From NCBI GenBank assembly GCA_965637545.1, contig OZ281495.1:27590001-27654000 (forward strand): a stretch of DNA of 64,000 bases, in the 5' to 3' direction. Source of the DNA: Phallusia mammillata (taxonomy: Eukaryota). A program made the position numbers and the translations under genes. Shown here piece by piece: positions 51,861-64,000 of the stretch (position 1 is its first letter; every line of letters starts with the position of its first letter). The notes beneath the pieces are model-generated. The model was not told the DNA's origin and did no database searches. It saw only the letters and a program-made list of their open reading frames with translations.

Positions 51861-52169
51861 TTATTCTTGGAATTTTCCTAAAATGTCTGTGTCGCGGAAT
51901 AAGAAGTAATCCTCATTTTCCAGTGTAACAGTTGTGCCACCATATTCAGGCAAAAGTACTTTGTCACCTGCCGCAACATTTAACGGGCGGACCTTTCCAT
52001 CTTTGTCTGCCAAACCAGGCCCAGTGGCTACAACGGTAGCTTTTAAAACTTTACCACTGCTTTTCTCAGGGATGACAATTCCACCTTTCGTTCTTAGTTC
52101 TGGAGCAAATCTTTGCACAAGCACTCGGTCGAAAAGAGGCATAAACTTCTTGAAAGCTTGAGATGCCAT
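51861..52169 (-). CDS. HSPE1: 10 kDa mitochondrial co-chaperonin HSP10 (GroES family), 102 aa, CDS intronless
   Basis: MASQAFKKFMPLFDRVLV..TKGGIVIPEK..VVATGPG..GDKVLLPEYGGT..FLFRDTDILGK. There is a probable 5'UTR intron at 52585-52186 (GTATGT..TACAG). Confidence 0.97.
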   Translation of the reverse strand: MASQAFKKFMPLFDRVLVQRFAPELRTKGGIVIPEKSSGKVLKATVVATGPGLADKDGKVRPLNVAAGDKVLLPEYGGTTVTLENEDYFLFRDTDILGKFQE

Positions 52170-52920
52170 TATAATATAAAACAGCTGTAACACTTTGGTG
52201 GCAAGGAAAGAATGTTGCTACTTCTAGAAAATAAAATACACAAATAATAAAACAAAGACAAAAAAAGTTGCACACACTTTTAAAATCATTTGTAAACATT
52301 GCTGAAGCTATACTTTCATAAACTACAAATGTTCATTGTCAGAAAATTATTGGTTTGTATATAGTCGCTGCATATTTACCACAGCAGAATTGCAGCAGCC
52401 AACAACATACAAGAATACACCAATTGACACCACCAATTTCAAACCCCATTCCTTTATTCTGACTTTTTTATAAAAAATACACATGTTATCTTTTCTGCCT
52501 CTGTTTTTTAGGAATCTTAGTTTTTCATAATATCACTTAAACAAAATTTTCCAAACAATTTTGCAGTTTGCTTTCCGTCACATACGCAAAATAAAAAGAC
52601 AGAAGAAGCAGTTTCTTCTTGCCGCTGACGAAACACCAAGAAACTGCAAATCAAAAACGCACGTGCGACCTTCTCCAACAAGCGGCATGTACGCAGTCTA
52701 TGAAAATTAGCCAACCATTGATTTGTGCGACGGTCAAAAAACAACACAAAAATCTGCTGTCTGTTGTTCATTTTATCAACAAATATTAAAATATTGCAAC
52801 AGGATTAATATATTGTACTACAGTACTGCTATAGTTCTAATAAAGTTTATTATTGTTGTTGTTTCTATCAAATTAAGAAGTGAAGCATATTCTTCTAAAA
52901 CGCATTATTTTACAGCAGTT

Positions 52921-52935
52921 AGAAAGTTCCCGAAA
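52921..52935. promoter_or_regulatory. Heat-shock element in the HSP10/COQ5 divergent promoter
   Basis: AGAAA GTTCC CGAAA is a perfect nGAAnnTTCnnGAAn, located upstream of a chaperonin gene. Confidence 0.75.
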
Positions 52936-53387
52936 TTTTCGACAAATTTACGGATCGTAAATATAAAATAGGTCAATATATTTTTTATTCGGTCAAAATA
53001 ATTTGTTATCTAAAACACTGTTGCATTCCAAGATTATTTTCAAAAAATGCAAACTTATATATTGTTTGGTTTTGAATATGACAATGAGGTACCGGTAACT
53101 TCTATTGCAACCAGCAAAATTTTACTAATTTGCTACAATCGTATATTACTGGAGTTGATTCTTTCGAGCGTAAAATTACTAATTTAAATTATGTCGTTAC
53201 CGTATTTGAGTTCAAATTGAACCTTTTGTAAAATCGATTTTTTTGATCTCGCAAAAGACGTGGGGAATTTCCCTAGTATATTGATGATGTTTGCTGCCTT
53301 GTGGCCAGAATTTATTTATCAATAGTGAAAATGTTGTATTGTTGTTGGTTACCCTGTAGTATTGCTATTTAGATTATTTCACTAAAA

Positions 53388-55127
<1,740 letters not shown>

Positions 55128-55552
55128 ACCGTTATTCATGGAAATAAAGTGTTTTTGCTTTCTGCCTAATACCGGACTGAAAAACTTTTTATGGGGGAAT
55201 TTTTCTGGTGTGTCATGGTTTCTGTAGTACAAGGGATTTTTAGTTTTGTAGTTTTATTTTGTAACAAAGCACCATGAACGCATTGTAACTTTGTGTAAAT
55301 GGAAAAATAATGAAACAGGTCGGTCTCTTTGCCAAATAGTGCAAAAATGCTGCTCAGCTTTATGTAATTGTGTTCAAGAAATGCAAGCACCTTTCAGAAA
55401 AACGCAAAACCACTGGAACAGTCAACAAAGGCAAAACAACATACCTTACATGCGGCACATTGAAGCAACAGAAAAAAACAGTTGTACATGTAAAAAAGAA
55501 TGCAGCATTTAAAGAACACTTGTAGCTAAGTCCAGCACATAGCTCTGGAAAT

Positions 55553-55974
<422 letters not shown>

Positions 55975-56493
55975 TTTGCAGCTTGATTATATCTAAAACA
56001 TGAAATAAAAAAACACTTTAAGATTTTTAATTAAGATGTATTTAACAACACCAGTCCTTTTTTATAAATAGAAAAACGTAGCGTAGGTAACTTATATACC
56101 AAATAAAAGTAACAGTTTAAGATTATGTATATGTTTCGCTCTATCTGGGCCCTTAGCATGCTCGTAATGCAGGCAAATCAAAATTGCTCCAATTATATAT
56201 TTGCATTTTACTTGTATTGCCTTGGGCAAAGTTACGCTAAAAAACACCTGAAAATGCAGTTTAAAACATGCTACTTTTCCTTACAGAACACTAACAAACG
56301 GTTAAAACTTAGGCTGTAAAGGGTTACCTCAACGACGAGTAGATCAAAGGGCAACTTTACGCTGGCTGACCTCTTCGGGATACAATCAGATGTGACTTAA
56401 CTGCCGCACTCGCGCTGGGATTAGAAGGTAACGAACGTTCTTCCGAAGAATACCCAGGCGGCATAAAGCGTTGCCAACAGATACAAAACGCTG

Positions 56494-56548
56494 ATTGGTC
56501 GGCTTGATGTAAATATTTGAGCCGGCGGCACTCTCATTGGCTGATTGG
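56494..56548 (-). promoter_or_regulatory. Three CCAAT (NF-Y) boxes upstream of DYNLL
   Basis: ATTGG at 56494, 56536 and 56544, in a CpG-rich segment. X-box-like GTTGCCATG (56639) and TTTGTTATGGCAAC (56923) lie further upstream. Confidence 0.55.
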
Positions 56549-59474
56549 TGCGTTTTTATGTTAACCTCGAAGCAGCCGTATTTTCCGACGATATTGTACA
56601 ACCAGCGTGTAGGAAGACGTAAATCAATTGTATCGTGGGTTGCCATGCGTGATTTTGCTCTGTTGAGACTTGTGCCTTGACCAAATATTGCCGGACCACG
56701 ATGAAAGTTTTGTTGCGAAGGGCGAGGTTTCATTGATGACGTTTTGGGGATTCGTGCTTATCAAAAAGAGCACTTTTAAGTTTAAACATACATATGGAAA
56801 AAATGTTTTTGTCTGAAAAGTAGCCTTACTGCATCGTAGACTAGGTTACATATATTATTCATTCTCCATCAATCAATACACTATCTCTGTGAAAGTTTCG
56901 CACATGAGGAATGTCCCAAATGTTTGTTATGGCAACGTATACTTTCAGATTTTCGCTTCATCCGTGATCTTGGTTTTATTGACACATGGCACTGTTAAGC
57001 TTGGCCTAAGTATCAGTGGACAAAAATGCTGATTGTCTACATGGAACTATTTGTCATGCTTACGGGTTTAATTATAGCGCTGGACAAGTTCATTCGTTGT
57101 GTGGTTGACCTTTCCATTTGCGTAGGTAACATTTTTGGGCAGATTCGATGCTTTAAATAACAGCTGGAGCATAACGGCTAGAGATAACTTGTTCAATGGT
57201 GTGTATCGGCGCAATTGTTTGTGTGGTTCTACTGTTCCTCTGGCAAACCTCTTTTTTATGAAACACCAAATATACGTTTTGTTTTGTGAATATTTTCACA
57301 AATAGAAATGTATTTTACATACGAAGTAGCCTAGGGTAGGCTTCATTGTGACATTTTCATTTCAAAACATCAACTAGCCGTGATACGATATCTTACTTAA
57401 TAACTATTCATGTTGCCTGAATAATCTAGCTGTAGGCTAATTGTGTAATGCAAGCGCAAGATAGAGCGTACTCCATTCAATCATGATCCAATTATGATTT
57501 AATCCCGTTGCCCAGCAACGCGAGCACTCAAGCTTCGATAAGTAGTTTACGTATTTGTTTAAACTTAAAAGAACGCAACATTTCAGAAGCGAAATCGTTA
57601 TTTCAAACTTGGTCTGCGCGTTGGTGGTCAACGTGTTAGTGTACCCGTAGGCAACTACATTTGCCATTATTGTCGTATTGAAAAGGTTGCGTAGGTCGAA
57701 ATACAGCTTAAACCAACAACCCAATACCGAACGAACATGCCATTGCGCTTGTGGGTCGCACATAGACGTTTCCCTGAAGGCTAATTTGCCCGCATCTGGT
57801 TGGTGTTGTGGTCTAATTGAAGGGTTACAACAAGAAAATATGTGCTATAATGACATTAGCCTACGGTGTAAAAACGCAATTTGATCAGTTAACGATTGGC
57901 TTTTTCGTGTTGATGATCAAGTCATACATCTGAAATACGTTTGGATAACCACAGTTGGAACAGAAAAAAAAATGATTACATACCCCTTCAGACAGAACTA
58001 GCCTACATGCGAGTAGGCATATAACATTTTGCTTGTTGAAAATTTTCGGCAAATTTTTGGGTAAAACAAAGGATATTATTGAGTAAAGCCTCCGATTTGT
58101 TCTCCATGTTACTTTATTCGTGTTAGAAGAATAAAACGTCCAAACTGATAAGTTCTGATATCCCTGTGGCCAAAGCAAACTTTTCGCTTCCTTGAAAAAT
58201 AAAAGATTTAATTCATAAAATATTAGATGTATGATCATGCGTGACGTACTTAATAGACCGTGACAACGTCAAAAAACGGGAACGTGTGGAAAATCTACTG
58301 ACACCATACCTCACGGCAGACCCACATTTAGCTAATTTTCGACAGGTGGCGGAAATTCCATTAAGCTACGGGAGGAGGGGCGCGAAAGACGAGACAATTA
58401 TGTTCCTGACAAAGTATTCTAGTTTGTTTATCAACCATCAAGATCCGATTTTAAAGCCTACAAAAACACACACAAAAAAAAACGGCAGCAGAACTTTTTC
58501 CTATACTTTTCTATTGTAAACGCTGAAATCTTACTGGGCGCGTTCAAGCGAAACCAATCTTAACACTTGCAGAGAACATTTTTGTTTTTAAAACACAAAC
58601 AAGGTCTAATATGTATCAGATTAAAATGCCTAAAATCAAATTAATTAACTCAAACTTTCATGCAAAAATTTTGTTCGATCCGTTACTTATAGGCAAAGAC
58701 ATCGCCCGATTTATTTCGTCGCTAAGCGGGCTGTGTGCAGTCTCTGCTTCGTAGTCTCTGGTCTAACTTGTTCTGCCGCCATTACAATCTTGTACTTTGT
58801 CACAAGACTAACAACACTAAAGCAGGTGTTTAGTTGCCTTCACTTCAAGATTAGGGTTCCCAGACGTCCGACATTTCTCGGGCATATCCGGTATTTTGAC
58901 GTAAATCTGTTTTCAGAAATTTTTTTTAAAACGGTCTTAAATTTGACGTCTTGCAGCCTAACCTGCAGCAGTTTTCACAATTCTTTTTCTGGGGGACTTA
59001 AAAGCTTACGTTTTACATGTTGTCGGTGCTGTTTATAAAGCATGATGCTGCCTACATTGATATACAAAACAACTTATCAACATGAATTAAAGGCTATTTA
59101 GTGTTTTTTGCTTCTAAAAAGCTAACAATACTCGGTTAAAAGGACCAGATCCTGTAAAATTTTCTGTTTTGAAAAATACTGCACTTTTTGTCTCTGTAAT
59201 AGTGATGCTATTTGCCAAGAATGGTACTGTCTGGGTTAGTTACTAACATGTAACAACATACGATAGATAACGCATGTTTGGTGTCGCCTAAGATATTTAT
59301 TAAAACCGTCCAGAATTTTGCTCACGCAGATGTGATAACCGTATTCAAGACAGTCTCACAGATGAGCAGAGTGCAAGACAATGTAAAGTCTGTCCAGCAA
59401 CACCATTTAGGCCTATTGCAAAGTCAGGACATATCTGTTTTCGGAGCTTACAGTCCAACGTTTCTCAACAGACC

Positions 59475-60026
59475 TGTAACGTCCCGTGAGCGCGCCCCGG
59501 TTACAGCGCGGAACGTCACACGAGGGGGGATTGAAACGCGATTCCTAAAGGTCTCCAACACGCAGTCCACACAGATAGGGTGTTTTGTAGATCTTATATT
59601 CAAACACTTTCAATGAAGAATGAACAGGACGGTGGGAGGCGATAGAAACGATGGAAAACGAATGGGAAACGGATAGGAAGCGGTTTCAACTGTTATGGGA
59701 ACCGGAAGACAACAAATAACATGGGCGATCCCAGAAATCACTGTCACACACCAAGCTATGTAGAGCAACAGTGTAGAAAGTCACGCTTCACGTGAATATC
59801 GTACAAAAACGCAATAATCGTCAATAAACAGCTTTTCTACAAAAACCGACGCAGCACCGTGCTCCACGGAAGTCAGCAACGAAAAGAACTAAACCACGTT
59901 GCGTTATCACACAAAACTGGCAGTCCATTGTTACGTCACACAACGCAATAGATTACAACACAAGTTGTACTGAGGAAATGCGGGAATCTATAGAAATCGG
60001 CAATTACTGGCAAATAAGATGTAACA
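59475..60026 (+). mobile_element. Probable solo LTR (552 bp)
   Basis: Begins TGTAAC and ends GTAACA. Flanked by the 5-bp direct repeat AGACC (59470-59474, 60027-60031). Internal AATAAA at 59823-59828. Confidence 0.65.
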
Positions 60027-60125
60027 AGACCCTCATGCTTTATTTAGATCGCTTGCTAGATGGAGCCACAGAGTTGTTACGTTTCATCCTTAACAATATA
60101 GGGCCTGGTATAACATTTACAAAGG

Positions 60126-63100
60126 ATGTCTTATTTTAACCATATCGCACTGTCACAAGTTACGATGACTGACCAAGTTGTAAAGATAGCAGAAATTGAA
60201 AATGGAAAAGTTGTTGTCAAATGGGACCGATTGAAAGAAATCTTTAATCGGAGTGATTTGGAAAAATTACCAGTTCTTATCTATTCCATTTCTGGAAAAG
60301 CTCGTGGTGGCAAATCGTTTTTGCTAAATATTATATGGAGATTTTTGAACAGCAAGTACTCTCAAGTTAACCAGGTTGGTTTTAAAATCCATGTTTTGCA
60401 ATTAGGTTTGCTTCGTGTTAAAAAATACTTTAACTGACTTAAAAATGTTAATAAAATGTTGCTTGTAAATGCATGAAGCTTGTTTTGCTTTACTGCGAAA
60501 CTGCTGCACTTAGCATGTACCAAGCTTAGCAAATATTTTTGTGCGCTTTTTCGTTTTCTTTGTTAACGCCATGTAATTATTTCAAACTTCAGAAAATTTA
60601 AAGTTGAAAATTTTTCGTTTTTGCACCTTATAGTTATTGTAGTTATCCACGCATAGGACGCAGCCAGTTTGTTTGGAGGCTTTTTTGTGCCGTTAAGTAG
60701 AAACGTGGTGTTGATGCTGATATGTGGTGGGTTGCAATGTGCCCTTTTAACATTAATGTTTTTTTGTATTGGTTTTTGCGAGCTTTCACATAATTCGGAT
60801 AAACAGTTTTGGTATAGCGAGTTGGCATGGTGGTTTCGTTTGCAAGGTTAATAATTAACAGCACCGCCAAAAATTGCCAGGCCCAATTCCAATAATTTAG
60901 GGTTAATTCCAATGCCCCGATTTCATTACAAATCTTCCTTTTTTCAGGAGCCCACTGACGATATTCCAAATATATTCTCTTCTGCGCATCAAGTTGAGCC
61001 AGCTACAGTTGGGATTGATATTATGAAAGAACCATTTATAATCTGCACTGCGCGTGCGGATGTAAGTTACCATTGGGACGCGTGTCTCTTTATAGAAACA
61101 ACTATTAGGAAACATTTAAAATAGCAAAGTATTTTAACATTACAATAACTATACAGTAATCTAAAATGTATACTTTCACTGCAGTATATCAATATCTTTA
61201 AACCATTACACCGACAGTAAATTAAATAACATTTTTTTTGTTTATTCCTACGCGCCTTTTGTCCGTTCATTTTTATCAGTGTTTCCGCCATTGGTTTTTA
61301 CAACGCTTCTGCCGTTCTTATCTACCTTCTTTTGCCCCGCGCCACAGATTGAGCGTTTTTCCCTTTTTTTCCTTTTCTTTCCATCTTTACTAGTGCGTGT
61401 TTGGCCGCGCCATCTGCAGGTCCCAGTTCTACCTTACTGTCAGCAGTTTTTAATATGTTTGTTTGTGCTTTATAGTTAAACTTGCATACCATTTTTTAGC
61501 GCTGTTTTGTTTTTAGATACTGACGATGCCTATTACTTAGGCGAAATATAAATGTCTAATAAAACGGTGGACGACTTCAGACTTGTCAAAGTTTTCAGTC
61601 TATTACACCGACAGTGTGCAGTATTTCTTATGGACACACAAGGCAATGAGGCAGATAAGGAATCCACTTTACAGGATCCGCACATTTTTGCGTTGAGCGC
61701 TTGGCTCGGTTCTTATCAGATCATAAACGTCAATCGACGAATTGACTGGGGCGAGGTTGATTCGAAAGCTGTGAGTAAACCCTGATGGTGACCAAAGTTA
61801 TTCATTACCTGTGATAACGAACAAGCATCAAACATTTAGGGGTATTGTGTGCACGTACAACAAAACAGCAAGGACATCGACCCATCGAAGCAACCACACT
61901 CTGTAAGCATTCTATATTTTGTTGCGTAGTTTTGTTGTGAAAACATTGACAAACCTTGATTTTTAGAATTTGCTGTTGTTGGTTCGAGACTGGCCAAAGG
62001 TCCCGACTATTTCACACGGCCTAGAAGGTGGAAATAAGTATTTTGAGCAGGTTGGAATTTATCGTTGCGGTTTTTAGCAACCTTTTTAACAACATAACTT
62101 TGTATTCCTAAGTTTGCCTATTTATTTGAAGAAATATGCCGAAGCTAGTGATGAAATGAAGGACCTTGTAACAATTTACAAGAAAGTTAGTTGTTTTATT
62201 CTTCCCCATCCCGGACTTCAAACAAGTGAAGAAGGCTGCCACCAATGGTCTGGTGTGTAATAAGACAACATCTCCATTAACTATTAAATCTGTTTGACTC
62301 GAATTGAACGTTAAACCTCCGATGCAGAAATACTAACGCAGAAGTGTTTTTGTCACCGCAGTTGTACGAGATGAATGCCGAAAAAGTATCACGAATCTTT
62401 TTGAGCAACTCTTCTCGGAAAGTACGTTGCAAGGCTTAGCAGAGTGCTCGCTAACAGGCAGCGACATGTTGGCGCTTATTGAAAAATTGAAAAATCAAAA
62501 CAACTTGAGTACAACAGAACCAGCAATATCTGGACAATTTCAGGTAAAGTTAATGGGATAACACCTTTATGTCAGGAGGAAAGTGTATATAGTAGGCTCA
62601 TATTTCCGAAAATTGTTTTTAAGAGTTACAAGGACATCTACATGGATAGGAAAATGGAACGTTGCGTTGAGTCGTACGAGGAAAAAATGAAAACTCAGGC
62701 AAACACAAAGAATATTTTGGAATGTGTTATTAATGTTCAGAATCGAGCATCTGACAGAAAAAAATGTTTGTTTTCTAAACACATTTTTCCTGCTTTTATA
62801 CTGTTATGTTTTTCCAGCTAAAATGTTAGTGATTGTTTTTGTTTAATGGCCATCAAAAGTGTGTATTCTTCAAATCGTAAAACGAGGGACACAACTTTAG
62901 ATTTTTATGCACCTGGTTGCTTGTTTTGAATTCTGCTTGTCGCCATTAATCAATTCCACACCCTTCTTTACAGATAGTCGAAAATGAAAACATATCACAA
63001 TTACAACAACGACACGAACGTATTCACGAAATTGTAAAGGAAGAATTTAAAGAAGAAAAACTAATAATAACAGATGAGTACATGAACGAATTTTGCAACC

Positions 63101-64000
63101 GTTTGGAAACGGCTTTTGAGGTAAAGCTGTGGACATAACCATACACTCGTATATAATTTTCAACCGCGTATGACAACCTTATTTGTCTTGCTAATATCAG
63201 TAATGTAAAAAGAAGTGTTTGAATACCTATAGGTTACTATTGATATTATTCTTGTTGATGGTGGTTTGGGCATAACCGATAGCGACGAGTAGTTTTAATT
63301 TGCTTTCGATATTATTTTACTGTATATATTGAAATAATTCCCTTTCAAAAAACAAGAAGAACAACAAAGTACTAAAATGTCATGCAATGATCTTAAAAAT
63401 CTGCACTTTGTTTTTTTTATATTTGGAAAGTTTTTTGTTCACTTATTGTTTTATATTATATTCTTCACATATTTAAACGCAGATAATTCTGGGCAAACGC
63501 CTTATCCAAACGTACAAAAACGAATGGAAGAAGACATATGATGTAAGTAAGAAAGAACTAGATTACTTCTTCACCTAAAGTGATCATTTATTTTTTTATC
63601 CAGAAATTGTCAGTTCCAGAAAAGATTGCTGCGACGTTTTCGCAGGATGCCATGCGGAAAACCTTTACAGCAATAGGAGAAAAGCACCGTAAAGATTTAA
63701 AAAGATATATAACCGACGCAAAAGTGTTTCAACAAACCGTAAATGACTATTTGAACTTCCTCAATGACATTTACGAAGAAAAAGACAAGGATGTAAAGCA
63801 AAACAACAAAATTGCGCTTGCCGTCGGCGGTGCATTCGCAGGTTTTGTTGGATGTGCTGCTTTGATTGCTGCACCGCCACTGGTAGCATTAGCAGCTGCA
63901 GTGAGTATACCTACTGCGCTTGCGATGGCTGGTGGAGCTGCTACCATGGGCGCCCTGGGAGGAGCTGCTGGAGGTAGCCTAGGCGTCGGTGTCAGCAAGG
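60126..64000 (+). CDS. Atlastin/GBP/RNF112-like large GTPase (dynamin superfamily), 3' end outside window
   Basis: Exons 60126-60374, 60948-61061, 61615-61770, 61840-61902, 61967-62050, 62132-62252, 62362-62543, 62974-63120, 63483-63542 and 63604 to beyond 64000, with consistent phases. Motifs: G1 SGKARGGKSFLLN, G2 EPATVG, G3 FLMDTQG, G4 LLVRDW, CFILPHPG, and a Gly/Ala-rich hydrophobic C-terminus. The exon 6 acceptor is a weak AAG. Confidence 0.85.

Noticed and set aside
50318-52169. HSP10-MBD2/3 trans-spliced operon
   Set aside because: The genes are co-oriented, but more than 1 kb separates them and there is a CpG-rich promoter-like segment at about 50620-50950. Nothing in the sequence requires polycistronic transcription.
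57000-58519. ORFs between DYNLL and the GTPase (57437-57763, 57885-58238, 58241-58519) as a gene
   Set aside because: Some have plausible splice sites, but I could not join them in phase or recognise a domain. Left unassigned.

Overview
AT-rich animal genomic DNA with spliced genes. It is most likely an ascidian/tunicate; this is inferred from compact introns, patchy CpG depletion and a MEX3/pem-3-like gene. Six host genes were assembled by hand from splice sites and reading frames: MEX3 (-, 7 exons, 579 aa), MBD2/3 (-, 7 exons, 262 aa, plus a probable alternative last exon), HSP10 (-), COQ5 (+, with a GC-AG intron), dynein light chain LC8 (-), and an atlastin/GBP/RNF112-like GTPase (+, running off the window). 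The most striking element is a very young Ty3/gypsy insertion at 30858-34162 with identical 147-bp LTRs and an ATAAG target duplication. Its primer-binding site is extended to 42 nt of tRNA-Leu complement and is fused directly into the middle of the protease, so gag is absent; this looks like a fossil of a reverse-transcription strand-transfer error. Other notable items are a solo LTR 100 bp upstream of the GTPase start codon, an MBD2c-like truncated MBD isoform supported by polyA signals and a CpG boundary, and a templated duplication ending in a perfect 34-bp hairpin. The window also holds seven hAT MITEs with 8-bp TSDs, a Helentron-type non-autonomous element, an orphan RFX X-box cluster, and a candidate secreted-peptide gene. 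The region 1-20 kb has no recognisable conserved gene. All coordinates and counts were made by hand; no database search was possible.
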